The position numbers and the translations under genes were made by a program. A model generated the notes under the pieces. The model was not told the DNA's origin. It saw nothing but the letters and a program-made list of their open reading frames with translations, and ran no database searches. Positions 12,051 to 24,771 of a stretch of 64,000 nt of DNA are shown here, one piece after another (the stretch's first letter is position 1; every line of letters begins with the position of its first letter). Origin of the DNA: Gekko japonicus (lineage: Eukaryota); the NCBI RefSeq assembly GCF_001447785.1, contig NW_015169179.1:95069-159068 (forward strand). The letters run 5' to 3'.

Positions 12051-12845
12051 GCTGAAGACTAGGGCAGCGTGGAGGGTTAGTGGATTGGAAGAAGAGAAGG
12101 AAATAGTGGAAGTGGAGATGATTTGGGCACTGCTGTGAGGAAGAAAGAAGAAATAGGTTGGGGGATACAGGGGGGTGAATGAGGTGCCCCCTGCAAGTCT
12201 GTGTAGGTTCCCTGACTGGTATATTTAATTCTCAGTATGGCCCCAGCTGTGGATACTTATATCTGGACACTGGGGCCATGTATAGACAAAGATTATTTCT
12301 ACAGTCTTGGAGGACCTCCCAGGTTTGCAGAAAAAAGTTAGAAATTTTAAAAGGATGGGAATTTAAATATCCCCCCCCAACAGAGGAACATTGTCTGTCC
12401 TTGTGCAGATAGTGTAAAGGTACTCTGAAGTGGCAGGGCAGGCAGGCGGGCAGGCAGGCAAGTAGAGCAGAGGGAAGGGGCAGAGAGCGACTGAGCAAGC
12501 TGAGGAGCAGTAAGGTGCCTCTGCCACTGAGATTCCTCCTCCCCGTGAGTTTGTCATGGGTCCGTTGCTTGTAGTAATGAAATGTGGTGTTTATGCTGTG
12601 TTCAGAACTGCAATATCCAGCCTCCCCAACAGTATCCATATCTTAAGAGAGTACACTGGAACCAGGCTTTATAAATGCAAAACAGAAGTGCATTTAATGC
12701 ATGACTGATGATGAGGAAAGAGAGAGGCACTAAATTACCTTTCAATAAAAAAGTAAGAGGGGCAAGACAGAGGGGACCTTCAGGAGCTCTACCTGTGATT
12801 CCTGGAGAACATGGCTGTTAATCCTGAATCATGTCTCTCTCACAG

Positions 12846-12923
12846 GTCTTCCCAGCTGCCATTCACATCACAGCTGTTGGATGGAGATGGAGCAGTATCC
12901 GCAACTCTGGAACGTGTCAAAAT
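12846..12923 (+). CDS. TM4SF19: TM4SF19 coding exon 2
   Basis: cacag|VFPAAIHITAVGWRWSSIRNSGTCQN|gtaaga; 78 bp, phase 0-0; resembles the TM4SF19 GWRY...SGLCRS segment. Confidence 0.85.
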
Positions 12924-13247
12924 GTAAGACTGTGGCTCATTTCATTGATGAAAAGTTTCCAATTTTAATAGCCGAATTGTCTGATTTTTGTGTGATCTTG
13001 GAATTTGGTGCTGTTCAGGACTCAGCAGCCTTCATGGTACGGCAAAATAGACAAATATGAAAACCTGCAGAATTCACCATTTCTATCGCAAGCAAAAGTG
13101 TCTGGCAATTGGCAGATCGATCAGGGAAAAAGCTGTGCATCTGTTTTGCTTAAACTTCAAAATGAATAAGCAGTCTAAGAACAAGAGTGTAATGATAAGT
13201 ATAGCTCTTTTTCATTCTTTGGCTTGTGATAAGGAAGCCAAAGAATC

Positions 13248-13550
13248 ACCATAGGAAGTGGTGGCGGCTACTAGCATGGACGGCTTCAAAAGGGAATTAG
13301 ATAAGCATATGGAGCAGAGGTCCATCAGTAGCTATTAGCCACAAGGTATAGATAGGGGCTCCGGGGCAAGTGATGCTCTGTCATCTTGGTGCTTGGGGGG
13401 GGGGTCAACAGTGGGCGGGCTTCTAATGTCCTGGCCCCACTGGTGGACCTCCTGATGGCACCTGGTATTTCTGGCTACTGTGTGACACAGAGTGTTGGAC
13501 TGGATGGGCCTTTGGCTTGATCCAACATTGGCATCTCTTATGTTCTTATA
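13248..13550 (+). mobile_element. CR1 3' end fragment
   Basis: Same sequence family as 2820-3126, ending ctcttatgttcttat. Confidence 0.9.
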
Positions 13551-14366
13551 AAATCTTAAGATGAGAAAAGCAAACAGGCCAGTCCAAATAATCGGAGATC
13601 TCTGGCTCTATATGCAAAGAACAAAGCTGACAAGCAGACTGTGAACTGTAACAGTGCCTCTGTGGCCCGTGGAAATGTCAGGCCTTGAAACAAGGATATC
13701 ATATTCAGGTTTACTAGACAAATTCTCCAGACAAGGCAAGACCTGAACCTGAGTCTGCTAAGTAATGACTGGAAGAGTTTTGAGGACAAAGGATTTTTAT
13801 TGATCCCTTAAAAGTCACAAAGAGGCAAAGTATAGCTTTCTTGGTCATAGGCAAATCATGAAACTTTATCCAAAGAGTTTTTTTAATCTTTTTGAGTGGG
13901 GAATACACATTTACCGGTAATTTGGTAAAAATCAGATCTGTAATAATATCCAGAATACCCAGAAACCTTTAAAAGTGGAAGCAGAAATCTTTTGGGCAAA
14001 AGAATATTGCCTCTCATTTCATGATTCTAAAGCATATAATGCCAGTTATGCCTGGTTATGGTTTCCCTTTAATTGGGGATACTTTATCATATTTTTGGAT
14101 CAAATTTAGTAGATGCTAGACTTAAAAACATTATTGAAACAGTTCCCCAGATGACACTTTAAAAAATAAAATAAGGATTTTGAACCATGTATGAGGACAC
14201 AGTGCTCTCTCTTCTCTTCCAAATGATCCCCCTGACCAGTCACTGTGTCATAATGGCTGTATTTGCCAGTCTGTGATCACATTGCTCTAGAGACTTGAGG
14301 ATGAGTGATACAGCAGAAGAGGTCTCACATGATCAGGATTAATTTCTCTGCCTCCTTTGCCCACAG

Positions 14367-14548
14367 ATGTTTCTCTCCATTGTATTATCAGCACTGGCTT
14401 TGCTGGGATCAGCTGCTTGCTTTATTTTGTCAGGTGTAGGTGTGACAGAGGGACCTCTCTGTCTCTATAATTCCACCTACAATCAAAGGAAGATGCAGCA
14501 ATGGGATTACCCGTTCCTCATAATGGACACTCCAGACTTGAACAGCAG
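14367..14548 (+). CDS. TM4SF19: TM4SF19 coding exon 3
   Basis: ccacag|MFLSIVLSALALLGSAACFILSGVGVTEGPLCLY...WDYPF; donor AG|gtaagg; 182 bp. Confidence 0.9.
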
Positions 14549-14808
14549 GTAAGGAAACTCAGAATACCTGGGGCAACTTATAACAGAGCCCAGGTGGAAG
14601 TTTGAAGAGCTGTCACTTTTTCTTCAATTATGAAATGTTACAATAATCTTCCATAGCAGTGAAAAGGGATTCCAAGAAGCAGGGACATCCATATACGGAA
14701 GGGGAGAGAACTGGAGCCCCAAGTTGGCAGGCTTTTTAAGCCTGAGCTAGCCCAGAAGAATGAGCCTGTGTTCACACTGTGTTTTTTATTGTTCAGCTGC
14801 TTTGGGTC

Positions 14809-15014
14809 CAGTGTTCCCTCTAAGCTGAGTTAGTTTGAGCTAGCTCACAGTTTTTTAGCCCCCAACTCACAAATTTTTGTCTTCGCTCAGGGAGGATGGC
14901 TCCAGAGCAAACTAATTTATGCAGTAGCCAAACCGCTTGCTCACAATTTCAATGCCAGTAGCTCACAAAGTAGAATTTTTGCTCACAAGACTCCACAGCT
15001 TAGTGGGAGCATTG
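14809..15014. mobile_element. hAT-type MITE (CAGTGTTCCCTCTAAGCTG TIR)
   Basis: Imperfect TIRs; degenerate 8-bp TSD tttgggtc/cttgggtt; same family as 63277..63481. Confidence 0.85.
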
Positions 15015-15766
15015 CTTGGGTTCCCATTGTTTTAATGAACCAATAAGATACAAGAGCACTGCTGCATTCAGGAGAAGTTTGCCCCTTCAGCTTACTGGGA
15101 AGGTTCCTGGCAAGTCACTGCCCGGGAGGGCCACTCAAGTCACTGCCCGGGAGGGCCACTAGGAGCTGCCATGATGGTGTGGGTTCACCTGTCACTTCAT
15201 CCCATGCTCAGGGCCACTTGATTCAAATGCAAGCAGCAGTGGCACAGGAGGGGGTGATGATGGCTAAATCTGCATCTATCATCACTATGAACCAGGTCTG
15301 AACCTAGCAGGCCCTGGAGGAATCTTCAGCTCAGTCTGGCCCTGGCTTGATCCAACTAATGCTCTGACAAGTCTAGCATCCCCTTTTCCACAGTGGCCAA
15401 CAAGATGTCCCAGAAAGTCTATAAGCAGAAAGTCTATAAGCAGAGGCCAAAGCATCCCCCTGTTGTTGTCTCCCAGAAAGGGAAATTCAGAGGTATGCTG
15501 TCTCCTGAAATTCCAGTCTTCCCTCATGTCTATGATCTTTACAGTGGAACCAGAGAAGGCTACATCTGATGTTATATTATAAAAGTAAAAGCAGTAAAGC
15601 AGTAGATAGCACTTTACCCATCTGCCCAGAAAATTCAACAACCTTTAATGTTTTAAATGCATATACAGGGAACATTTCCCTTTTGAACAGGCTTCCCTTT
15701 ACCCATCTTTTTTAAAAAATATATCTTCCCTCTGTAGCTTTCTCATTCAAAATCTGTTTCTTTAAG

Positions 15767-15956
15767 GGCTCAGAATTACTTGTATGATCCTTCCCTCTGG
15801 AACTCTGTTTGCATCGAGCCCCGCAATGTGGTAGCCTGGAATGTTTATTTCTTCTTTGCTCTCCTAATCATCAGCATGGTAGAGATGGTCCTGGCTGCTC
15901 TTCAGATCATCAATGGGTTTTTTGGATGTATCTGTGGATTTTGTGACAAGAAATAG
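15767..15956 (+). CDS. TM4SF19: TM4SF19 coding exon 4 (terminal)
   Basis: ttaag|G AQNYLYDPSLWNSVCIEPRNVVAWNV...QIINGFFGCICGFCDKK*; spliced CDS 627 nt = 208 aa. Confidence 0.9.
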
Positions 15957-18900
15957 GTAACACAGATTCAGAAGCATTTCCTGTCTTCTACTTTTCTCTT
16001 GTTCATCCTCTAAGTCTTTTAGATGCATGTTCCCCTGTCTCCATCCGTGATCCTTCAAAGATGTACTGAAGCAAGTGGTGGTTCTGATTATAGCCTGGTT
16101 GCTAAAATTCCTTCTTCCCTTGTCATCATATTATAGAAGAATCTGACCAGAATACTCAAGAAAGACTTTATCTTGAGTTATTTAAATGGGGGGGCAGTCC
16201 AAGATGGGAAAGATTATGAATTGTTGAAGGCCCATTGCATGCTGAGATGACCTGTGTAAGAGAGAGAAAGTAATTATTTGCATAATATAATTTTATTGGA
16301 CCAATTGGGTGCAGGAGTATGCAAGCGCTTGAATTTCACAGAAGTCTTTAACAATTGAACTCTGATGAAAAGTACTATAAAACTCAAAAGCTTGCCTGCT
16401 CAGACCTAAATTGGTACAACAGCAAAAATATAATTTTACCTACTTTTGTATCGCTGTTATTGATGATGAACATGGCAACCACTGTTTTTTACATCTCTCT
16501 ATATTTGAGGGTATAAAGAATGAGTGGTTACTAATCTATGTTTGTAATCAGTGGCTTTCATTGTTGCAGGTTTGATTCCTATCTGGTTCGTCTGTTGTCT
16601 GTGAAGAGCAGAAGTGGTGCTTTCCAGGGAGTAATCAGTCATTCAGTGGAATATATGACACTGTCTTCCACAGTAACCTTTAAGTCAGCCACTGGCAGGT
16701 AACCATTGCCACCAAGATAGCTCTCACTGTGACAGAGCTTGGCAAGGGATGGGATCAAGTTATGAGGAGCTGAACCCTACCATTCTGGTCAACTAAGCGC
16801 AGAATCTTCGTGTAGTGTAAGAATCCTCTGCAGGGTAGTAGGATACAATTCAATGCTTTTAAAATTAACAGTGTACCAATGTGTATTTATTTATTTATTT
16901 AAATGCCCTCAAACTCCTCCACACACCCTTGATTCTTGTGCTAAAAGGGCACCTGTTACTATTATTTATAGCCGCCCCCAACTCTTGCTACATGACATCA
17001 AGGCACAAAATACCTCTAGTACAGGAGGCATGGACAGGATAATTTAGCACCAGGTCCACGTCGTATTGGGCTCTCTGACTTTGGGTCTTTCTGCCTTTCA
17101 GGTCGCTCCCTACAGTTAGAAGGCCAACTCCAGAGAGTTCATGCCATGGTTTTGCAAGTGGAAAGAAGTTCCCATGCAGCTTTGATACATTAGTTTGAGG
17201 GAGGACTGGAGTTGCATTCTTCAGGGCCAGAGAAGCCAGAAACACAGAGAACTTTCTCAGTAAAAAGTTAAGGATGGCCAGGCCCAAAGAGGGGCAACAG
17301 CTCTTTCGTTCATGAGGGAGATGCTTGAGTTAGGTTGAAAGGCTCCAGAAAAGAGACTTGTCCTCCCTACTGCTTTTCTGTTGTCTGAGACAGTCTGGTA
17401 TGGTAGAAAAAAAGCAGAAATACTGATGAAATAAAATACGGGAACTCCATGTTCTTCTCCACCAAAACGGCCTAGCAGAATATCTCTTGAATATTTCTTA
17501 AGATATTTATACACGAAAATGATGGTTTCTAGCATGATTGCATTAATGCAAAGACATGCCACCCAAGGCAAATATGTACACTCATGTATTTACATCACTT
17601 GTACACGTGCTGAAAGTTGCCAGGGAGCAACCATGACAAATGTACCTTCAAATGCTCCAGTGAAGGAAGAAACTTTGCTGCTACCTCAAAACCTTAGTAC
17701 TGACAACCCTCCCCTCTCCTGCCAATTACAGTATTTTCAGACACATTTTCTGAAGTTGGAGGAAGCTTGCAGTTTACACTTGATCTCCCCCCCCCCCCGC
17801 AGTAGTAGAACCTTATCCTTTCCGAGAGAGAGAGAGAGACTGTATGAGGTGCATGTGCTGTGCTTCTTCCTCTATGATTTTCCAAGGAGTGTCAGAAAGT
17901 GGTCACTTCCTGAAATTATTGCTTTTGCTGTTTTTGTTGTTGTTGTTGATGATGTGCTTACTAAAGCCCACTGTGAAAGCAGGGCTGATGGATTTAAACT
18001 GTTGAATACTCATGTGCCAAAATATCAAATAAAGTTACTTATTTTTTTCTAAAATAAAGTTCAGTGAATGATACTTGTGATGTGTTCTGAGACTCCCAGA
18101 AGTGGCTTGCTTCCACATTATCTGTTTTTTCTGATATCAGCACCATTCAGTCACTCATTTTTCCTGAGAATCCAGACAACATTAATCCCCAACCCATTCA
18201 TTCCCATTCCTGTGTTTTCCACCATTCTTACTTTTGCAAGTGCTGATTTCTTACAAATGTAAAACTTCTTTCCCAATTGCAACACAATCCTCCTTTGGAG
18301 CGTGCACTGACTGTAGCTCTATCATCTTATGTAGAATGGAGCACAGTCACTGGTGATGCTGTTGGTTGTATATAATGATTCCACCTTTCCATGCTTCTGA
18401 TTCCAGCAGTACAGTTCATTCCTGCCAGTGCCGTTTTTAAAGGCATTGATGTCAGTGACAAAAGTCCCGTCCCACCCCCATAGCAGCAAGTCCAGAGAAA
18501 CAACAGTTCCCCCCAAGACATGCTATAGAGGTAGAAGAAAGCCTTGCTTTACTGTTAATGTTGTTTTTATGCTGTCTTGTAAGGCACCCCATGGATCCTT
18601 ATGAATCAAAACGGGTAAATCATCAGAAATGAATAACACTAATAATTTCAGCATGTGTATCCATCAGCATTGTAGCACACAGTAATATTTGTTTTCTTTT
18701 TACAAACATCCATGGGTAAAATTGACACCAATCCCTAGAGAAACTGACAAAAATTGTAAGTTTCAGCAGGGTTCTACAGAGTTACTGCTGCCCTGGTTGT
18801 GGGGAAGCTGTCAGATTCATGGCAGTAGAGGGAAAACCAGTACCACTACTGGGAAAAACCACTACTGGGAAAAACCCAGTACCACTGGGGCTGGAGTGGG

Positions 18901-20704
18901 TTACCTGCCTTTCCAAAAAAAGCGCCCCCGCACACATGGGACCTAGGCAATGCATAGCTATGGCTGGGACTAGGTAATATTATTTATCTTAACTTGTTTA
19001 ATCCTGTTGCCTTGGTCCATTCAAAGTGGCTTCCAAAATGTGTATCATAACACGAAGCTATATTAAAACCTTCAACAACATATTATATTAAAACCAACAC
19101 AAAATTATTAAAACATATAAGTTAAAATATAGGGGCATATATCTCTTAAAGTGGACATTAATTTTTTTTTTACAAAACCTGAAAATAAATCAGTAACAGC
19201 AATTGACTTAAACCAGCACAAGGAAAATGTAAATAGCCTAGAGGAACGCATATCAGGAGGAAGGAATAATGCAAAACAAAATTAAACTAAAAGCAAGCGT
19301 TCAGACTAACAGAAAAGTCACTAGGTGAATCTCAAGTGGGAGAGAGTTCAACAGATGATGTAAACTAATTTGTAATAAATACATGTATTTTTATAATTTG
19401 TAATATTTATGTTGTATATTTACTGATTTTAACATTGGGGCCCCTAATTTGTATCCATTTAACCTTTCAGGTTCTTAAACTGAACTTTCAGCCAGTCCTT
19501 TCTTCACTTTCAGAAATGGGTTGTTTGGAGGGGAAAGATACTGCTGAAGGGGAAAAAAGAGAAGCAGCAAGTGTACTTTCCAGAAAACAATTTTTAAAAA
19601 GAACTGTAGAAACGTTCTATATCTTATGCCCATTCTAGAAGCTGGAATTGTATAAGGTAATAAGGGTCAGTTAAGAATTAAAACAATTAAAATCATAGCA
19701 CAACTAAAATGAATGATAGCATCACTATGATTATAACATGGCCACAAGCCCCTCAATTCCTTATGCTCCCACTCATGTCCTCATTTTCAGTAGGGGTTCT
19801 CTGGAAAGTAGATGCAAAGATTAGGCACCAAGTAGGTGGCAGGTACAAGCTAGTTATGTTTCGAATTTTCAGGAAAACTGCAGGAAGACCTCTATACGCC
19901 TTTTCCATCAGAAGCAGGTACAGTAAATAGATCATTTTCCCTAGTTGGTGTGTTCTTCTTTTAAATTAATGTAGCAGTTTCAGTCTGTTTGAAATGGAGA
20001 TTGAATGGGCCTCTGATAGTTTTTTGATATCTTGAACAAGAACCCAGGAGCTTTTGTTCTCCATTTTGACTTCCTCAGTAAAGATCCAAGTATAAAATCC
20101 AGGCAGGAGTACAGGGAACAGCATGTGGAAGTGGCCACACTAGGTGGGACTGAGTACAGCAAAGGAGATGAAACATGGGGTACACAGCACAGCGGAACAG
20201 TTCAAGATCTGATTACTGAACACAAGTTGGGAGACTATCGCAGCTAATGATAGAAGAGCAGGAGAATGGGGAAGCATTTAATGTTCCTAGGCTTGAGAAA
20301 AAGAGGGAAATTTATGTGAAGTCAGAGGCAAGCCTTCTGATTGGGTAGTGGTGTGGCAACAGGTTTCCTGAGCCTAACTACTCCCAATAAGAGAAAAGGG
20401 AGGAAGGCTTGGGGCATAAAGAACGTACGTTAGAGGTAGTCTTGGTTCCATAACCTGGAGTTAAGGCAAAAGGTACAAATAAAACATAGAACTTCATTGG
20501 GCCGATGTCATTGGGATGTCTTTTGTTAGGAAGGAATGTGGAAGGACAACAGTACAGTCTGCTTAGAAGCATCTTGACTGAACTGAATTTTTTTGAATAA
20601 AGATCTGAGAGGTTTTAATGCCTTCATGGCAATAATGCAACCAGGCTGAACATCTCCACTCCTACCAGCTTTTCTGATGACTCCACTCATATTATTCCAT
20701 AAAT

Positions 20705-21960
20705 GCAATCATGGGGGCTCCTAAGCAGGCCTCGGTTCCTGCCGGAGCGCACCAGAGAACCGCTCCGCCAGTCAGGAGCCCAGGGGCGGGCACATAAGCC
20801 CCGCCCCCTGCTCCCACCAGCCATCAGTTGGGACACGGTGTGTGTGTGGGGAAATGTTCCCCACCTCCCTGAGGATGGTGGCCTTGGACTCGTAGGGGCA
20901 AATTCCACCTCTCGTGTGAGAGGTCATTCTGGCTCCCCCAGCTGTCCTTAGGGGCTCCTTAAAAAGTTACGGCTGCTGCCGCTGTTCTCGGTGACAGCTG
21001 TGACGCCTGTGCAGGGGGAGGAGCAGGGCGAAACGTTCCCTTGCCTCCCTGAGCCCCGGGGTGGTGGCCTTGGACTCGTAGGGGCAAATTCTACCTCTCG
21101 TGTGTGAGATCATTCTGGCTCCCCCAGCTCTCTGGAGGGGCTCTTTAAAAAGTTATGGCCGCCGCCGGTCTCAGCGGCTGCGAGGCCCACGCACGCGGGG
21201 GAGGGGTGGGCCGACACATTCCCTTGCCTCCCTGAGCCCCGGGGTGGTGGCCTTGGACTCGTAGGGGCAAATTCCACCTCTTGCGTGTGATGTCCGAGCG
21301 GCGTCTGGCTCCCCCAGTAACTTTTTTCCCACCATAGAGAACAATGGAGGGGATGGGGGCAACCTGTTTGGGGGCCCATAGAATTGGACCCCCTGATTCA
21401 ATGTTCCTGAAACATGGCGGGTATCTTGGGGAGAGGCTCCAGCAGCTACCCTGGGATTTTGGAGCCTCTCCCTCAAACCCCCTCTCCTCCAGCCCCCAGA
21501 ATATACTCTATGTTTTCACCATTGACTTCAATGACCCATAGGATATAATGGGGCCAAACTGCGGGAAGCCGATTCAGATCAGAGAACCTGATTTGGCCCG
21601 CAGCAGGGGATCCTGAGGAAACCAACGGAAGGGAAGGTGGTTTAAACCGCCTCTCCTTCCCTCCAGCAGCCGGCTTGCTTGGGGCTGCCGGAGCAAACCA
21701 AGCGAAGGGAAGGTGGTGGAGCAGCTGGAGACATTGAGCCTCAGCTCCACAAGTAATGAGCACTCGAGCCCCGCCCCCAGCAGCCCTCAGGCTGGAGCAG
21801 TCTTGGGAGGTGGATTGGCAAAAAGCAAAACCAAAAGCGCAGGAACTCGAGAGAACTCCAGGAATGGAGCCGGTTCCTCTTCCACAGCCCAAAATACGAC
21901 CCACAAACCCTGAGCTTGCCTTTTCTCATTTGCAAGTCTGGCCTCCGCACTCCTTTAACG
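20705..21960. repeat. GC-rich interspersed element with three internal ~185-bp tandem units (unclassified)
   Basis: gtggccttggactcgtaggggcaaatt(c/t) recurs at ~20878, 21065 and 21247; related units at 50935-51289 and 52599-52696; outer boundaries approximate. Confidence 0.75.
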
Positions 21961-22418
21961 AGGCAGCTCTGAAGCTTGGGGCGGCGGGAGTTTCTTTGCA
22001 CGCAGCTTGTGTGGCTGGCTGAGTGCCTCTTCTGCTTGCCCACCTCTCGCCTCTGTACCTCATCTTCTGCCAGGCATGGAGGAGCCCAGCTCTCCCAGGC
22101 TTCTTGCCTCCTGCTGCCTTGGCCCTCTGGTGCACCGGTAAGTCCCCAAAGTTTGACTCTTCCTCTACAAGTCTCTGGCACTGGAGGTATTCACCTCCTT
22201 CCCTCCTGCCTGCTATGGCTGCATAATTGTGAGAGATTTCTTAACATAGTGTTCCTGCCAGGGAAGCTGGGGAACCTGCCCATGAGTCTCCATTTATCCA
22301 GTGTGGGGTGTGTGTGGGGCAATGGAAGCTGAGTGATAGGGTCTCTCCAAGTGATTGCCAGAAGTGAGATGCGTCCTGGTCTTGTGTCTTACAGATAATC
22401 TTACAAATAGTCCTTTGC

Positions 22419-22861
22419 ATTTATATCATGCTTTCAACTTTAAAAGGATCATAATGCTGATTGTGTGAACTTAGGCAAATCATGAGAGGTAGAGCAGGAA
22501 GGATTGCATCAGTGCTATTTATATCATGCTTTCAACTTTAAAAGGATCATAATGCTGATTGTGTGAACTTAGGCAAATCATGAGAGGTAGAGCAGGAAGG
22601 ATTGCATCAGTGCTTAGTTCTTGTGGCCCTTTCTTACACGCCCAGGGAAATGCTGATCGTCACTTTGGGGCCAGGAAGCAATTTTTCTCCAGGCCAGTTT
22701 GGCCCCCAGTGATCCTGGACGTTTTTTTAAATCATATTCTGGTCATGGAACAGGGGTCACTGGGGTGTGGGGGGGGGAATTGGTGAATTTCCTGCATTGT
22801 GCAGGGGTTGGACTAGATGACCCTGGAGGTCCCTTCCCACTCTATGAGTCTATGATTCTAT
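22419..22861 (+). mobile_element. CR1 3' end (second subfamily) with a perfect 98-bp tandem duplication at its 5' boundary
   Basis: gggttggactagatgaccctggaggtcccttcc...ctatgattctat CR1 terminus; 22419-22516 is identical to 22517-22614. Confidence 0.85.
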
Positions 22862-22869
22862 AATTCACC

Positions 22870-23110
22870 CAGGCTGCCTGTGGGCACGCCAGCACCTCTA
22901 TCAGGCAGAAGCGCCTGAGATCCTCCCCTCCCCTTTTCCTTCACCCGACTTGGAGGCGAAGGGAAGGGAAAGGGGGGAAAGAATGGATCCCAGGTGCTTC
23001 TGCCTGTCAGAGGGGCTGGTGCACACTTCCGGAGATGTCAGGGGGTGTGGCATATGCTAATAAGTTATGCTAATGAGCTCCTGCAACTCTTTTTCTACAA
23101 AATGACCCCT
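22870..23110. mobile_element. Non-autonomous DNA-transposon-like repeat ending gacccctg (also at ~50590-50812)
   Basis: Shared cacttccgg..gatgtcagggg..gtggcatatgc.aataagttatgctaatgag...ctttttctaca..a.gacccctg. Confidence 0.65.
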
Positions 23111-23243
23111 GCTCCTAAGCAAAGTGCTATGACTGCAGAAATCTCTATATTCATTTGCAGTGGTGTCTGGCATGTACTATAGTTCATCTTTATCATGGAT
23201 GCAGCTGTGCCCAATTAGGGGGCATGCACAAGCTTGATTCCTT

Positions 23244-23375
23244 TTGTTGTTGTTCAGTCGCACAGTCGAGTCCGACTCTTCACGACCCCATGGACCAGAT
23301 CACGCCAAGCCTTCCGGTCTTCTGCTGTCCTCTGAAGTTTGCTCAACTTCATGTTCATTGCATTTATGACACTGA
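23244..23375 (-). mobile_element. BovB (RTE) LINE 3' end fragment
   Basis: MKLSKLQ..EDRKAWRDLVHGVVKSRTRL and (CAA)n tail. Confidence 0.88.
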
Positions 23376-23603
23376 TTCCTTTAGCGGGAAGATATTCAGT
23401 GAGTCCAGGAAAATATAAGCCACCCCTGAGTGTTGAGTGTAGATTAGGAAAGCTGCAAAGTAAAAAATGCATATCTTTTCAGTAATGTTGCCACAACCTA
23501 TCTATAAATCTGCTGTTAGCAATATGGCACCATTTTCCTTTTGCCTCTTTTTCTCATCTGCTGTGACTTTTTAGATAAAACGTATTCACCTCAGTCTTGA
23601 GCT

Positions 23604-24676
23604 TTAAGAGACGACACAAGTCCTCCACCAACTCTTCTTGCCACCTGATGGCTGCTTCAAGCCTGAGGAAGAAGTTGTCAGAGGGATGTTCTGAAGAACT
23701 TCGTGCAGTGTGAACATGCTGAAGGAGATTTGTTCATAGGGGGACCGTACCCCATTCTCATACAGGCAGGCAAAGGCTATGGCTGGGATCCCAGTTATTG
23801 AGAACTCTGAGTAGGGCAGTTCGATGTAGGCCAGGTCTGAGTAGGCACTGGGGCCTTCATAAATGACCCAAGGCTCAGTCCAGGTGTCAGCTTCCCTGGG
23901 AAATGTGCTGAGGTAAATCCCCAGGTTAACTCGGGACCTGGAGCTTGTTGGATGGGAATAGATAACCCAAGTTGGGATTTGGAAATTAAAATCTGATTCA
24001 GAAATAGTGTCTGTATGATGTTGCTCGTATTCTGTATGTACGGTGCCTGAGGAGATGAGACCAAGGAAATTGCTGTGGTGGCCACTAGATGTTTTGGATA
24101 ATGCAAGGCTTTCCAGCTGGTGGTACAGAGATCGGCTGCAGAGAGAAGTCCAAGGTCCAGCAGCAGGAGCAAATTGGTTTATTTTCTGTATACTTGGCTG
24201 TGTCAAGAGGTCTGAGCTTTTAACAGGCCATGTTTCTCCCTGAACCATTTGGAGGTTGTGATGCAGATAGTAAAGAGGAGCTTGGAACCCAATGATGCTG
24301 CCATGGCAACCATGAGGGGGCTCCACAAGCCTTTGCACCAGCTGCCCTGATTGAAACACTGCTCCGTCATCCATGCTAAGTGCCTGCACCCGGAAGCCTA
24401 GGGGACTCCGGGCATTACAGTACAACACATTGCTCCCGTCCTCCTCATCCACAGACACCATCTGACACTCAACAGTCTGCAGGTTTGGGATGAATTCACC
24501 AAAGTCCCAGCTCTGCCCATGGTCATCACTGTAGAAGGTGAAAGCATGTGGGGTTGTTTTGCAGAGTTTCCCGAAGCATTCTTTGCAGTCAATGTGGTAA
24601 GCGTAGGCTGGCAGCAGTAAACGGCCGGACTTGAGCTGAATGCCATGTCCAGGCCCTAGTGCAAAAGTGGCCCAAT
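23604..24676 (-). CDS. NEU4: Sialidase 4, terminal coding exon
   Basis: DWATFALGPGHGIQL, Asp box SDDHGQSW, LYCNARSPLG, WVIYSHP, YSDL, CLYENG; acceptor atacag at 24677; TAA at 23604-23606; 1073 bp. Confidence 0.95.
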
Positions 24677-24771
24677 CTGTATCAAAATGAAAACAGTTGC
24701 ATCAGGATCAGTCTCTTATCTGAGGGCTCCCTGCTCTTCCCATGCCCTACATTAGCTTCTACATTTCCTAC

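Noticed and set aside
15111-15160. Short tandem duplications (also ~15410, ~18830, ~52695)
   Set aside because: Ordinary slippage duplications with no evident function
17519-18052. 177-aa ORF downstream of TM4SF19
   Set aside because: No recognisable domain, runs through poly-C and (GA)n; likely 3'UTR or intergenic
19740-20700. Possible decayed LINE ORF2 C-terminus on the minus strand
   Set aside because: Too degenerate to classify or bound by eye
20860-21320. Regularly spaced direct repeats resembling a CRISPR array
   Set aside because: Vertebrate DNA; the intervening sequences are homologous to each other, so these are tandem units, and there are no cas genes
21473-22332. Cluster of overlapping 65-146 aa ORFs
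   Set aside because: Expected from GC-rich repeat sequence; no family motifs or splice-consistent structure
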